Part shown: one piece after another, positions 10,184 to 19,706 of the stretch
Numbering within the stretch: the first letter of the stretch is position 1
Layout: every line of letters starts with the position of its first letter
Source of the DNA: an uncultured virus (IMG/VR IMGVR_UViG_3300034374_006354)
Lineage: Duplodnaviria; Heunggongvirae; Uroviricota; Caudoviricetes
DNA: 64,000 bases
IMG/VR virus record: IMGVR_UViG_3300034374_006354
Direction: 5' to 3' (one strand)
Position numbers and translations under genes: made by a program
The notes under the pieces: model-generated
Databases searched by the model: none
What the model saw: the letters and a program-made list of their open reading frames with translations, nothing else
Told to the model about the DNA's origin: nothing

Positions 10184-10620
10184 TCCGATTCATTCTCGAT
10201 AACAGATATAAGCCTATTAAGATACCATTGAGCCTTCTTAAGGTCTTGAATAAGAAGGTCTTTCTTTCCAGCCCTCATCGTATATTTAAACACATGTCCA
10301 AGACAATGAGCGTGATAAGGCTTATGATGAGAAAGCAGATATTCCATAATATCCATATACTCTAACCCTTCAGGGAATCTTTCGTAAGCTTCCTTTGGAA
10401 TCAGTTTATAATGCTTAGGATTGACTGCTTCAGCAATAGCATCTTTTTCCTCATACACCACTTTTTCTTCTCCCATTTCATATCCCAACCATTCCGCTAC
10501 TTCATATTGATGATGCGGCGGTCTACCAAATACTTCCTCAAATTCTTCAAGCATAGTCTTAGATTTAGACATAATACTCCTCTGGTTTGTAGATAGATTT
10601 AACAGAAACATATCGACCAT
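10180..10620 (-). CDS. DUF3310-like protein (start probably MSKS near 10573)
   Basis: VNPKHY...LGHVFKYTMRAGKK...QDLKKAQWYL pattern. Confidence 0.75.
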   Translation of the reverse strand: MVDMFLLNLSTNQRSIMSKSKTMLEEFEEVFGRPPHHQYEVAEWLGYEMGEEKVVYEEKDAIAEAVNPKHYKLIPKEAYERFPEGLEYMDIMEYLLSHHKPYHAHCLGHVFKYTMRAGKKDLLIQDLKKAQWYLNRLISVIENESE

Positions 10621-11029
10621 CTAGTGTGGGAATCTTAAGAGTGATCAGTTGAAGATCCTTGTAGATTCTACCAAAGCCGATAAGTGACCTTCCTTCAGGG
10701 TAATCAGGATAGCCGTAAGCTTTACCTTTGATTACAACAAAACTATCTCCTAGGATATAATAATCTCCGTAGGCTTCTGATTCCAACCTTAGAGAGTTGG
10801 TAAAGGTCATATAGACTCTACCATCATAAAACCATCCCTTAACCTTATTACCTCCTTGTTCCAGCATACGAGAGCTTTCGTCTTGAACCCAAGGTAACCA
10901 TGATTTATGTCTTACATGAGTATCTTTGATATAATTGATAGTTTGCTTAATTTTCTTAGGTTCATAAACCTCTACAGAAACATCAGCAATAGGTTTAAAC
11001 AATTCAAATAGTGTTTTAAAATTCATCAC
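10565..11029 (-). CDS. hypothetical protein
   Basis: ORF tightly packed in the operon. Confidence 0.6.
   Translation of the reverse strand: MMNFKTLFELFKPIADVSVEVYEPKKIKQTINYIKDTHVRHKSWLPWVQDESSRMLEQGGNKVKGWFYDGRVYMTFTNSLRLESEAYGDYYILGDSFVVIKGKAYGYPDYPEGRSLIGFGRIYKDLQLITLKIPTLDGRYVSVKSIYKPEEYYV
10634..10650 (-). promoter_or_regulatory. Possible variant of the phage promoter motif (AACTGATCACTCTTAAG)
   Basis: Two mismatches to the 17-mer consensus, same orientation as the genes, but inside a CDS. Confidence 0.4.
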
Positions 11030-11688
11030 TTTTTATTAGCTTTTCTACTAGCTCTCCTTTGTTCTTTTCTATATCTCATATCTCTAGCTTGAATCCACGC
11101 GGGGTCACTAAGGCCTTTGTGTTCCATAAACATCTCGTGATCCATATCCATAAGAGCAAAATACTTAAGTTTATAGTTATAGTATACCTTATAAGCTTCA
11201 TAAGGGTCTTGTCTTTTGAAAGAGTCAGGCATACATTGGGGTATCTCTAAGTATCTAAATTTACTCTCATGCTTAATTTTCGCAGGAGGATTTTGAATAA
11301 TCTTTCTTAGATCTTTAATGGTTTTGTGCTCTTTATAAAATCCATGACTCTCCCAATATCTTGATCCTAAAGCCATCATATGACGGTATAGCCATTTATA
11401 ATTAGCACTACTTTCTCTAACCCATATAGAACATGGATGATTATGGTGAGTATCCCAATAGAGCTCGCACTTTTCAGCCGCTAGCATACCACTATATTCC
11501 CCTCTGTCAGGAATAATATACTTTATAGCTTTTCTATTTCCAAAATCTACAGTGCCTTCTTCACCGTCAAGCATCCTATGTGCAGTACAAAGCATCTGTG
11601 CAGCTTCTACAAGCATTTTATTAACATGGTTCTTATGTAGCATATTAGCCGCTTCATAAGGTCTTCGATTAAGAAAGAAGATATTCAT
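11026..11688 (-). CDS. Pyrimidine-dimer DNA glycosylase-like protein
   Basis: MNIFFL...HVNKMLVEAAQMLCTAH...HHNHPCSIWVRESSANYKWL pattern. Confidence 0.7.
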   Translation of the reverse strand: MNIFFLNRRPYEAANMLHKNHVNKMLVEAAQMLCTAHRMLDGEEGTVDFGNRKAIKYIIPDRGEYSGMLAAEKCELYWDTHHNHPCSIWVRESSANYKWLYRHMMALGSRYWESHGFYKEHKTIKDLRKIIQNPPAKIKHESKFRYLEIPQCMPDSFKRQDPYEAYKVYYNYKLKYFALMDMDHEMFMEHKGLSDPAWIQARDMRYRKEQRRASRKANKK

Positions 11689-12143
11689 TAGTAATAACTC
11701 CTAACTGCTTTAATAATATCTTGAAGCTCATAATGTTTCTCCGTAGCCATAGATTCCAAGAAAGGGTGGATAGGATCATCAGGATCAGAATACAAGATAA
11801 TAATCTTGTTCTTCATATGAGCAAACATGATCTCACATGCTGTACCCGTACCCTTACCCATCTTCCTTCGAATATCCGCAACTACTACTCGGGAGTTAGC
11901 GATGTCTTGCATATCTTGTTTAAAGATACGTTTACATACATTCATACTCCTTGTAGTATCTTGAAGATAGTCTCCTAATTGATCATGGAAGGTAACACGG
12001 CGAGTAGGATCAAGGACTTGAATAGGGTCTTGATGCCATCCTGTCAACAAACCTTCCCTTAGCTCCATGCGCCAACCTTTCATCTCTTCCTCAGAAAGAT
12101 CTTCCATAGGACCAGCAAGGTAAACGTAGTCTTTACGTTCCAT
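11688..12143 (-). CDS. Nucleoside 2-deoxyribosyltransferase-like protein
   Basis: VYLAGPM, D...I.NS and GTACEI motifs. Confidence 0.75.
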   Translation of the reverse strand: MERKDYVYLAGPMEDLSEEEMKGWRMELREGLLTGWHQDPIQVLDPTRRVTFHDQLGDYLQDTTRSMNVCKRIFKQDMQDIANSRVVVADIRRKMGKGTGTACEIMFAHMKNKIIILYSDPDDPIHPFLESMATEKHYELQDIIKAVRSYY

Positions 12144-12378
12144 CCAAAAGATCCTCCACCATTACTCCCGGTTTTCTATCGATATAGTAATCTTCATCTT
12201 CAACCGCTGTAATAGCGATATGTTGGTGAGATTGTTTATATTTAGGGTGTTCCATGTCGTTCTTAACAATTGTTCTAACTGACTCTGGATTATCGAGTTT
12301 ACGCAGTAGAGCAAGAAGGTTCCTTCGTGATAGATAGACACGAACGTAGTTGTCTGGGTTTGGTGTTTCATCTGTCAT
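12133..12378 (-). CDS. hypothetical protein
   Basis: ORF coupled to neighbours. Confidence 0.55.
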   Translation of the reverse strand: MTDETPNPDNYVRVYLSRRNLLALLRKLDNPESVRTIVKNDMEHPKYKQSHQHIAITAVEDEDYYIDRKPGVMVEDLLDGT

Positions 12379-12626
12379 TAATCAACCTCTACAATATCGA
12401 TTCGGGGGATGACTCTAACTAGTTCTAAATCTTCTAGACTACCCCAAGTACCATCTACATAAACAAATTGCTTGCCGTTACGCATAGGTGCTTGTGATAC
12501 TAATCCTATCCGAGGTTCTAAGAGGCTTCCGAACTTCTTAGAGTATACTAGACACCAATCTCCAACGTCGACATCACTCCAATCAGTGAGAGAGCTCTTA
12601 AAAAGTTCAATATTTACACTAGTCAT
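12378..12626 (-). CDS. hypothetical protein
   Basis: ORF with GAGGA SD upstream. Confidence 0.6.
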   Translation of the reverse strand: MTSVNIELFKSSLTDWSDVDVGDWCLVYSKKFGSLLEPRIGLVSQAPMRNGKQFVYVDGTWGSLEDLELVRVIPRIDIVEVD

Positions 12627-12641
12627 ATTATATCCTCGTAT

Positions 12642-12670
12642 AAAAAGCCCCCAAGCCTAAGCTCAGGGGC
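12642..12670 (-). terminator. Possible intrinsic terminator after the SSB gene
   Basis: Imperfect GCCCC/GGGGC stem followed by a U-tract on the minus strand. Confidence 0.5.
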
Positions 12671-12677
12671 ATAATGT

Positions 12678-13172
12678 TTACCAGTCAGAAGAATCTTCTT
12701 CTACCTCTTCTGGTACCACAATTTCTGTCTGACCACCAGCTTCGAAAGCGAGGCCGGGGCCACCCTTATATTCTACCAGACGTTCTACTTGAATTGCGCG
12801 GATACCAAATCCGGTTTTCTTCTGGCCATTCTGTGTATACTCGTAAGTATCCAACTGAACGTTACCAACAGAACCATTACCAACAATAGCCCGATCGACT
12901 GGCATCAACTGCATATCGACCACCTGAACAGGAGGACGCTCCTTACCGTCCTTTGTAAAAGCTTTACGCTTGAGGTTACACTGATAGAAAGTTCCATCAT
13001 CGTCTTCCTTCAGAGTTACATGAAGACCTTGGTCTTTCCACTCTTTAGACTCGTCTTTATCACGAGTTCGAATCTGAACTTCCCAGTGTGGGTATGGCTC
13101 ATTAAATGGGTTTACCGGATTATCCAGCTTAGCCCACCAAAGTTCTGCACCTTTGATAACAATAGTTGTCAT
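12678..13172 (-). CDS. ssDNA-binding protein (T7 gp2.5-like)
   Basis: VGNGSVGNV and AIQVERLVEY motifs; acidic tail ending in an aromatic residue (EEDSSDW). Confidence 0.75.
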   Translation of the reverse strand: MTTIVIKGAELWWAKLDNPVNPFNEPYPHWEVQIRTRDKDESKEWKDQGLHVTLKEDDDGTFYQCNLKRKAFTKDGKERPPVQVVDMQLMPVDRAIVGNGSVGNVQLDTYEYTQNGQKKTGFGIRAIQVERLVEYKGGPGLAFEAGGQTEIVVPEEVEEDSSDW

Positions 13173-13252
13173 ATATTTAAAATCCTATTAGTCGGGTTTC
13201 TTTAAAAAGCTTCTGATACCTTCCCCGTTAAAGGTAAAAGAAGCATATCCTA

Positions 13253-16183
13253 TTAACAAAATGCAAAGTCTGATTCCAGTATCTCTGCTATATCTAAATT
13301 TCCACGTTCAGGAAATAAATCCATGGCATCTAACTGAGCCAATAGCTGCGCTAAAGGATCAGATTTATAGAAGTCCATAAATTGTTCCCTTGTTATTCTG
13401 AAGAGATCTTTCATATTACCGGGATGACAACCGAAGCTATCATGCACAGTGGTTACTATGAAGTCTGAACTATTAATAATTAATGTCAGATGTGCAGCAT
13501 CAAATGAATGAACTATATTGGGGGCTGCGCCAGTGGATTGTTTTCTCCTATCCAGCTTACCTGTCTCTTTAGGTTGAATAGTAAGTTGTATACCCTTTCC
13601 TCTATTGGATCTACAAAACCTTACTCTAACCCTTTGTTCCTTTGTTTTCAAATATTCTTGAACAGCAGGAAAGTAGGTTACTGGAACTCTCCAAGATAGG
13701 AAGGAGTTCTCCACATTTGCCCTCTCTGCCAATTTCTGAAATAGGGATAGCATGGTAGCAGGCCCTTTCAATTTCTTCAACATAGTATCCCTGAGTAGGT
13801 CTCCGAAGGGGTTTGACCAAGACTTATCTTTGAACTTTAACTCTTCCGTAAGTGTTTTAGTATCGTCAAATATCTGGTCTCTAACTCCTTGTCTGGTTAC
13901 ACCATAACCGAGGGTCATCACAGGTCTTTTTACTGCCTTTCTTTGAATCTTAAGATCATCTTTAAAAGTCATCCAGAAGGGTATAAATATCTTCTTTTCA
14001 AACTCTTTATTGTTAGTTCTCCACTCATCAAGCTCTTTGAAAGCAGCATCTTTATCCTCTTTAGTTTCTGCCTTCTCTCGTTTGAGTTTAATCTCTTTTA
14101 TTTCTTCCATGAGTCTTGGGAGTTCTTCTTTTACAGGGTGATCTAGTTTATCATAAAGATCACTAAGGGCTTCCCAAGTAGCCTCTGCGACATACATGTA
14201 TACATCCCCGGGCTCATCCGTGGGTACTAGGTTTACTAGTGGTGCGATATTTTCATCAAGTGAGAGTGCAGTTAGGTGTTGTACACCATTATTCGCATAG
14301 TGTTCAAAGAGGGGCGTTAATCCTCTTCCGATTGGTATTGTTTTAAATTTTTATATTTAAACTTATTTCCTAAAATAGAGCCCTTTTCTTTTATTTTATT
14401 AGAGTTGTGGTACTTGTCTCTGCCTTCTTTAAAAGAATCGGAATATAAGTTATTTGAATGAATTAAATTTTCTTTTGGTGTACACCACTCTAAGTTTTCA
14501 ACTCTATTATCACTTTTTATTTCGTTGATATGATTAATTTGGGGCTTATCAAGAGGATTAGGGATAAAAGCAGATGCCACTAATCTATGTACTTTACATG
14601 TTAGCTGTTTACTTTTAACCCAAAGAGTAACTATTTCATAACCATCCTTGTCTCTTCTGGTTTTTAAGTAAGAAACTCTTTTTCCTTTTATTTTACCTTC
14701 TTTATTAATATAATAACCACTATCTTCTATTTGTTTCCACATATAATTTCCTCTTGTGAAAACAATACCAATCAGCTGCATGTCACCATGCAGATCAGAC
14801 CATATCTTCTAGAGCGGTAGCCCTAGCCTCCCGTTTCGGACCACTTGGCCCTACGTCTTTCGACTGGTCGTTGCACGTTCCTAATAATTTTAGGCTTCGC
14901 TCAGGATTGTCTCTTTCGAGAGTTTCCCTGAATTAGAGAGGTTTTAGATGAGCCAGCATTAACCCATCGATGAATATTGGAAGATGACATACATAATCTT
15001 CAGTGTCGTTACCACCTATAACCTTCCACATGTCTAGCGCTCTCCATTCGAAAGCACAAGCAAGAGCAGACCACGGCTTCTCAGCCTCCATCCATCCGGT
15101 ATTAGTATCAGGAAATGCTGCCCACGAATAAATCTCATCTAGATTATCCAGAACATATTGTACCCTCTCGTCTAGAGATAGCTTATCTTGACCAATACTA
15201 TTAGCAGTATGAACAGCTAACCAATAAGCGCCTTCATCACCGAGAGGGACACCCTCGTTATACATAATGAGACCCTTAGCGTTATCTGAACTTTGCTCGT
15301 TAAGATAAGGAGTCATCGGATATATACGACCACGGAAGTCGCAATTATAAGCTTGATAGAAAGGTCGTTCACCTATTCTATCCGCTATAGTTTTAATAAA
15401 TTCTGCTTCTAGGAACATTCCTGCTCTACTAGCCACCATTTCTTCTTTGTCATGCTTGAAAGGAGAGAGTTGAGATGGTTTATAATCCCTCTTCAACAAC
15501 TCCTCTTTGGTCTGCATATTAAGAAGCTTCTTATAAACATGGAAGACATTCTGGTTAATCTTGTAAGGTGTCTTCTGTAGTTTATTAAGAGCGTTAAACA
15601 CATGTGGTGCAGAATATGGGGTAATCATTTTAAGAGTCTTAGTTGAAGCTCCTCGTATCAAAGGCGCTTTCAAATCGATATGATAGAAAGAATTCCAATC
15701 TTTAGCGGGAGTCAACAAAGGGAACTCAGGAGAGTTCTCAATATCTTCACTTAAAATAATCTTGTTTAAAAGCTCTTCATCAGTGCATATTAGTGCATAA
15801 AGAGCATTATCGTTAGCTCTGGAGGATCTACCTTTATTTACTAGTTTAATATCTAGCAGGTGGACCCCTCTATCCTTATAATCTTTATTACAAAAGGCTT
15901 CCAGAATCTTAACGCCACAATGAACAGCTGCTTTTGTTTCTTCTTTTTCTTCTTCCTCTTTAAAGTGCATTCTAATAACAGCACCTATTGAAGCAGCAAC
16001 AGAGGTCATAGAGGCTCCTTGGATAACACCAAGAACTACTTTGCTAATTACGAGTCTATAAATGTCCTCGATAGTTTCATCAAAGTTTTCCTCTAAATGT
16101 TTCCATAACCAATGTACATGACTTCGGCGGTCCTTTGTGGTGAGTAGCCTTTCTGACAAACTCGATATTATTTGATCACGCAT
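13253..16183 (-). CDS. T7-type single-subunit RNA polymerase, spliced; exons 16183-14962 and 14295-13253, about 754 aa
   Basis: DFRGRIY; spliced motif A LPIFIDG-S-NNGVQHL; motif B RKAVKRPVMTLGYG; APNIVHSFDAAHL; motif C VHDSFG; C-terminus SDFAFC. Exon total of 2265 nt is in frame. Confidence 0.95.
14296..14961 (-). mobile_element. Group I intron in the RNA polymerase gene
   Basis: P1 pairing GAUGGGU/GCUCAUC with the splice-site U.G pair; terminal G. Core AAUUCAGGGAAAC...AAUCCUGAGC, GCAACGACCA and GAUAUGGUCU. Splicing yields T+CG (Ser), restoring DGSNNG. Confidence 0.92.
14317..14781 (-). CDS. Intron-encoded NUMOD4/HNH homing endonuclease (I-HmuI-like; start probably MWKQ near 14742)
   Basis: WKQI..SGYYINKEGKI; VHRLVASAFIPNP...INHINEIKSDNRVENLEWCTPKENLIH. 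Confidence 0.88.
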   Translation of the reverse strand: MQLIGIVFTRGNYMWKQIEDSGYYINKEGKIKGKRVSYLKTRRDKDGYEIVTLWVKSKQLTCKVHRLVASAFIPNPLDKPQINHINEIKSDNRVENLEWCTPKENLIHSNNLYSDSFKEGRDKYHNSNKIKEKGSILGNKFKYKNLKQYQSEED

Positions 16184-16190
16184 ATATTAC

Positions 16191-16376
16191 CTAATCATTT
16201 GTGGGATACATATTACTTACAGTATTCCTAATAAATGTGGCCAGATCTACTTTATCACAATCTGGTTCTACAGTAAAATATTCAAGAGGATTATTAGCCA
16301 TATCAACAAGCAACATACGTACTTCTTGGACTACTTCTTCCTCAATAATTTTCTTAACTCTTTCATCCATAACCAT
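16191..16376 (-). CDS. hypothetical protein
   Basis: Short ORF directly upstream of the RNA polymerase gene. Confidence 0.5.
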   Translation of the reverse strand: MVMDERVKKIIEEEVVQEVRMLLVDMANNPLEYFTVEPDCDKVDLATFIRNTVSNMYPTND

Positions 16377-16570
16377 AAATCTTAAACCATAATATACTAA
16401 GGGAATCTACTTTTCCACTTTCTACCCAAATAGAGAATAAAGCTCTATCTCCTAAACTAAGAATAAATACAGCCCAGTCTAGATACACAGGGGTTTTATA
16501 TCCTAAGACAGTAAATAAATGAAACCAGTTTTCCATATTTACTCCAAAAAAAAAAATAAGTTAAAATCTA

Positions 16571-16659
16571 ACCCCCTGCAACTAGACTGGATTCCTTTAT
16601 GCTATAGAGTGATCAATTTCACTCAGGAGCATAAAAGAATCCTGCCTAGCGCAGGGGGT
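16571..16659. other. Long imperfect inverted repeat (RNase III-site-like or terminator-like) enclosing a promoter motif
   Basis: Nested pairings accccctgc/gcagggggt, ctag/ctag, ggattcctttatgct/agcataaaagaatcc and gagtga/tcactc. Confidence 0.75.
16602..16618 (-). promoter_or_regulatory. Phage RNAP promoter motif AATTGATCACTCTATAG
   Basis: Repeated 17-mer resembling T7/T3/SP6 promoters (...CACTATAG); intergenic and co-oriented with genes. Confidence 0.75.
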
Positions 16660-16744
16660 AGTAAGTAGAAGAGATACCATCTTCAATTTGGAAAGGGCTT
16701 AACCCACACAGTAATTGTGGTGGGAGTTACCTTGTCTCGCTTAT

Positions 16745-16960
16745 TTAGTCTTTATCTTCTAGAGATGCATTAATTGGATGATCCTGTTTCTTATTAGCAA
16801 ATTTCTGCCTAGCGAAGAAAACCCTTTTCTTTTGATCTTTGGACAGGGCATTCCATTGTTTATCCGTAAATGGATAAAAGGCTTTTTGCTTAAGAGACAT
16901 TCTCTCGAATTGCTCATCAGTAATCAGCGGGATTTCAAATAGTTCCTTAAGCATCAGCAT
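16745..16960 (-). CDS. hypothetical protein
   Basis: ORF in the small-gene cluster. Confidence 0.55.
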   Translation of the reverse strand: MLMLKELFEIPLITDEQFERMSLKQKAFYPFTDKQWNALSKDQKKRVFFARQKFANKKQDHPINASLEDKD

Positions 16961-17327
16961 ACTCCTTTCGAAAGAAGTCTTTTACTTGTTGGAAATATTC
17001 TTCCTTCTTTGCACCGAAGATAGTGTTGGTAAAAGCAGGAATCTGCATAAAATGCAAACCGTAGTAGTCCTTGGCATCTAGGAGATTATGAAAAATCCTA
17101 GACTTAGCTTCTACCTCAGTTGCCTCTTTCATACCAAGAATACTGATATCATCAAACATTTCCTCTACAGGAAGTGTAACATGACCGAGAGTATTAATGA
17201 TTTCTACCATGTCTTCTTGCGAAAAACGATTTACTTGAGTATTCATACCTATCTCCTTAAATGAGTGAAGTAAAGAATTTTTTAGCAGATTCAAACTTAG
17301 CTTCTGCTTTATCCATAAGGGTTTCAT
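16947..17327 (-). CDS. hypothetical protein (start probably MNTQ near 17246)
   Basis: AAGGAG SD before the internal ATG. Confidence 0.55.
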   Translation of the reverse strand: MKPLWIKQKLSLNLLKNSLLHSFKEIGMNTQVNRFSQEDMVEIINTLGHVTLPVEEMFDDISILGMKEATEVEAKSRIFHNLLDAKDYYGLHFMQIPAFTNTIFGAKKEEYFQQVKDFFRKEYADA

Positions 17328-17631
17328 CGTTGAGTTCTACGAGAGCTCTATCGATTTCATCCCTAATATCAAGGAGAGATTCTTTAGCTTCTAGCTTTTG
17401 GGAGTCGTTCATTCCTTCTACAAACAGAGATCTTGCTGCAACAAGGGTTTCCTCATAAGAGGAAGAACCGAAGTTACCTGTAAGACATTCCATTACAGTA
17501 GGTTCATTATTATACTGAGCGACTTTCTCAAGCATAACACCGGAGAATGTAGCAAACACTACAACAAAAGACAACGCAATGATATTAAAAAAGGTTTTCA
17601 TAATATTATACCTCCTCAGTTTTAGGTTCAC
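17257..17631 (-). CDS. hypothetical protein with N-terminal hydrophobic segment
   Basis: GAGGAGG SD before MKTFF. Confidence 0.55.
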   Translation of the reverse strand: MNLKLRRYNIMKTFFNIIALSFVVVFATFSGVMLEKVAQYNNEPTVMECLTGNFGSSSYEETLVAARSLFVEGMNDSQKLEAKESLLDIRDEIDRALVELNDETLMDKAEAKFESAKKFFTSLI

Positions 17632-17788
17632 AGGTTACAACAACAGTATCGTCAACACCAAAAGTTTCATAAAGATTATTATGAGTTCTAGCTACTTCTT
17701 GACATTGTTGCAGAGTTTCATATTCCATAGTGGGAACAGGAGTAGTTTCTCCGGTTATCAGAAGGGTCAATACAAGTACATACCACAT
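17606..17788 (-). CDS. hypothetical small protein
   Basis: GGAG SD, hydrophobic N-terminus. Confidence 0.5.
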   Translation of the reverse strand: MWYVLVLTLLITGETTPVPTMEYETLQQCQEVARTHNNLYETFGVDDTVVVTCEPKTEEV

Positions 17789-17790
17789 GA

Positions 17791-17976
17791 TTATCTCTCC
17801 TTAGCTAGGCGACGTTTAGCTTCTTTCCATATCTTCTGCCTTTCCATAGCTCTCTTGATCTTTTCTTCTTTCTCTTGTTTTTCTTTTTCCTCCTGTGTAG
17901 GAATCAAAGATAAAAACCAAAAAAGTAGAATAAGACCAAGAATAGTTTGGATTACAGTTCCAATAAAAGCAAACAT
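17791..17976 (-). CDS. hypothetical membrane protein
   Basis: TM segment followed by a charged tail; GAGG SD. Confidence 0.55.
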   Translation of the reverse strand: MFAFIGTVIQTILGLILLFWFLSLIPTQEEKEKQEKEEKIKRAMERQKIWKEAKRRLAKER

Positions 17977-17980
17977 AACA

Positions 17981-18274
17981 TTACCTCACTTGGTAGGGGC
18001 CTCTCTCAAGTGCATTATAAAAGGATACCAGATGGTATTGATCTTTTAACACATATTCGAGACCAGATTTAAGGTCAGCTTCCGCATCCCCAGTTTTGTC
18101 TACAGTACCGACATAACATTCAAAATCACCTACTTCGAAGCAGATGATGCATCGCCCATACTTCGCAGCGACCTCTATATCCGGAGACATATGAAAACCG
18201 TCGCGGGTAAGTTCGATATTTCTCATTATATCGGATACATGTTGGATTGAACAGCCATGATAAAGTTTTAACAT
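17981..18274 (-). CDS. hypothetical protein, possible ADP-ribosyltransferase fold
   Basis: LYHG...GFHMSPDIEVAAKYG...GLEYVL pattern. Confidence 0.45.
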   Translation of the reverse strand: MLKLYHGCSIQHVSDIMRNIELTRDGFHMSPDIEVAAKYGRCIICFEVGDFECYVGTVDKTGDAEADLKSGLEYVLKDQYHLVSFYNALERGPYQVR

Positions 18275-18412
18275 TTAAGCCACCAATGCCATTACAGTTA
18301 CGAAATGTGCCAGCATAACAGTCAGAAGGAATGCACAGGCTCCATAAAGGAGCATGTTTTCCTCTTTTGTAGCGGGTACTTGTTGAAACAACATTTTAAC
18401 AAATTTGTTCAT
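18275..18412 (-). CDS. small hydrophobic protein (45 aa)
   Basis: Manual translation MNKFVKMLFQQVPATKEENMLLYGACAFLLTVMLAHFVTVMALVA; GAGGAG SD. Confidence 0.55.
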   Translation of the reverse strand: MNKFVKMLFQQVPATKEENMLLYGACAFLLTVMLAHFVTVMALVA

Positions 18413-18609
18413 TTTACAACTCCTCAAAAGATATAGATCAAAGGTTAAGTTAAGGAATAGAGATTATCCAATAGTGAATTAGGTAATACCCAATTATGCA
18501 AAATGATAAAACTAAATAACCAGAGCTATGGAGCCTTTTTATAGGTTCTATTATAGGTTCCCATTTAGGATCCTTCTTTGATTTATTTATCATTTATATT
18601 CCTTGGAAT

Positions 18610-18646
18610 TTCTTCCATTATAGATACATGGATTTTCTCAGTTTTT
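18610..18646 (-). promoter_or_regulatory. Second-class motif, copy 2 (putative early promoter)
   Basis: 33/37 identical to 21409-21445, including an identical 20-mer (minus strand ATGTATCTATAATGGAAGAA). Confidence 0.65.
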
Positions 18647-18863
18647 ACCAACGTACAACTCCATGCCAGTATAGTGAATCCCTCTGGTCTTTATTGAAAA
18701 CACCCAACCTACAGATGTCTTTATAAAGAGAGATAGAGGTTTCTCTATCTAGCCGCTTTAGGACACGTTTAGTAAACCTATGAGCAACACGAAGTTGTTT
18801 AGAAGTGTTACAACTCTTAATAACACGAATACACTTGGAACATAGAGTATCATATTTGTTCAT
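18645..18863 (-). CDS. hypothetical protein
   Basis: GAGGA SD; part of the small-gene cluster. Confidence 0.55.
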   Translation of the reverse strand: MNKYDTLCSKCIRVIKSCNTSKQLRVAHRFTKRVLKRLDRETSISLYKDICRLGVFNKDQRDSLYWHGVVRW

Positions 18864-19010
18864 AAGTTTTCCTCACATTGTCTTCGACATGATTCACGAC
18901 AATTACAAATAGCATCATCGTAAAGATCACCCATTCCTTCTTTAAAAGGACAAAGTTGAGGCTCTTCACAATGATCCCTACCATATTGTGGACACTGCAT
19001 AATTTCCCCC

Positions 19011-19700
19011 CTATACAATAAGGAAAGGCTCAGCCTTACCATCTTCGATAAGGAGACCGTAAGGAACATGAACACCATTATCACTGCCTACACAGTCAAT
19101 ACAGTAGTTTTCTTTATCCTTAGTACGAATCTCCGTTCCAGCAGAATGACCAAAGATTTGTTTAATACCGGGAATGGCCTTAAACTCTCTTTCATAATCA
19201 CACCATAAAATACCACCACAAGGAGAGTAACCTCCTCTAGCGGGGCCTACTTGTAGATAATCTCCTTCGTAAAGGTAAGTATCTACATCCTCACGTGTAG
19301 CTTCTCCACCAAAGAAATTAGCAGAGAGTCCAGCGTGAGTAATAAGAAAGCCTTCAATCTCTACATGGTATTTAAACATACCATTACCAGAGATATCCAT
19401 TCTCATTGTATCAGCATACAATTGTGTATTATGATTGTAACCACTAGAAAAACAACCATCACCGAAGTAATGATAATCGTGGTTACCAATGAGAGGAATA
19501 GCTTGCTTATTAACTGCAGCATCGGTAACTATCCTGAAAGTCTTAATACAATCTTCAGGAGATGCTGTGAAACTATCAAAGTAATCACCCACGAACAAGG
19601 TGAGGTATTCGTGAGCGAGTGCTTTTTCAGCAATCTCCCAGTTACCATGGAGATCACCTACAACCAGATATTTCATTACCGCCTCCAAGTACAAGCCCAA
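19011..19700 (-). CDS. Calcineurin-like metallophosphoesterase (start probably MKYL near 19676)
   Basis: GDLHG, GDYFD, GNHD, THAG and FGHS motifs. Confidence 0.9.
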   Translation of the reverse strand: MGLYLEAVMKYLVVGDLHGNWEIAEKALAHEYLTLFVGDYFDSFTASPEDCIKTFRIVTDAAVNKQAIPLIGNHDYHYFGDGCFSSGYNHNTQLYADTMRMDISGNGMFKYHVEIEGFLITHAGLSANFFGGEATREDVDTYLYEGDYLQVGPARGGYSPCGGILWCDYEREFKAIPGIKQIFGHSAGTEIRTKDKENYCIDCVGSDNGVHVPYGLLIEDGKAEPFLIV

Positions 19701-19706
19701 ATAGAC

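Noticed and set aside
278..12143. DNA hypermodification pathway (dCMP deaminase, deoxyribosyltransferase, DUF3310)
   Set aside because: No hydroxymethylase, PurZ, Que/Dpd or glycosyltransferase genes were seen in the window; ordinary nucleotide supply explains these genes.
14131..14148. Promoter-like ACTAGATCACCCTGTAA inside the RNAP gene
   Set aside because: Several mismatches to the consensus and inside coding sequence; probably chance.
13253..16183. Naturally split two-subunit RNAP (like N4 RNAPII) or a pseudogene
   Set aside because: The gap has group I intron hallmarks, and exact splicing restores motif A, which neither ORF contains whole.
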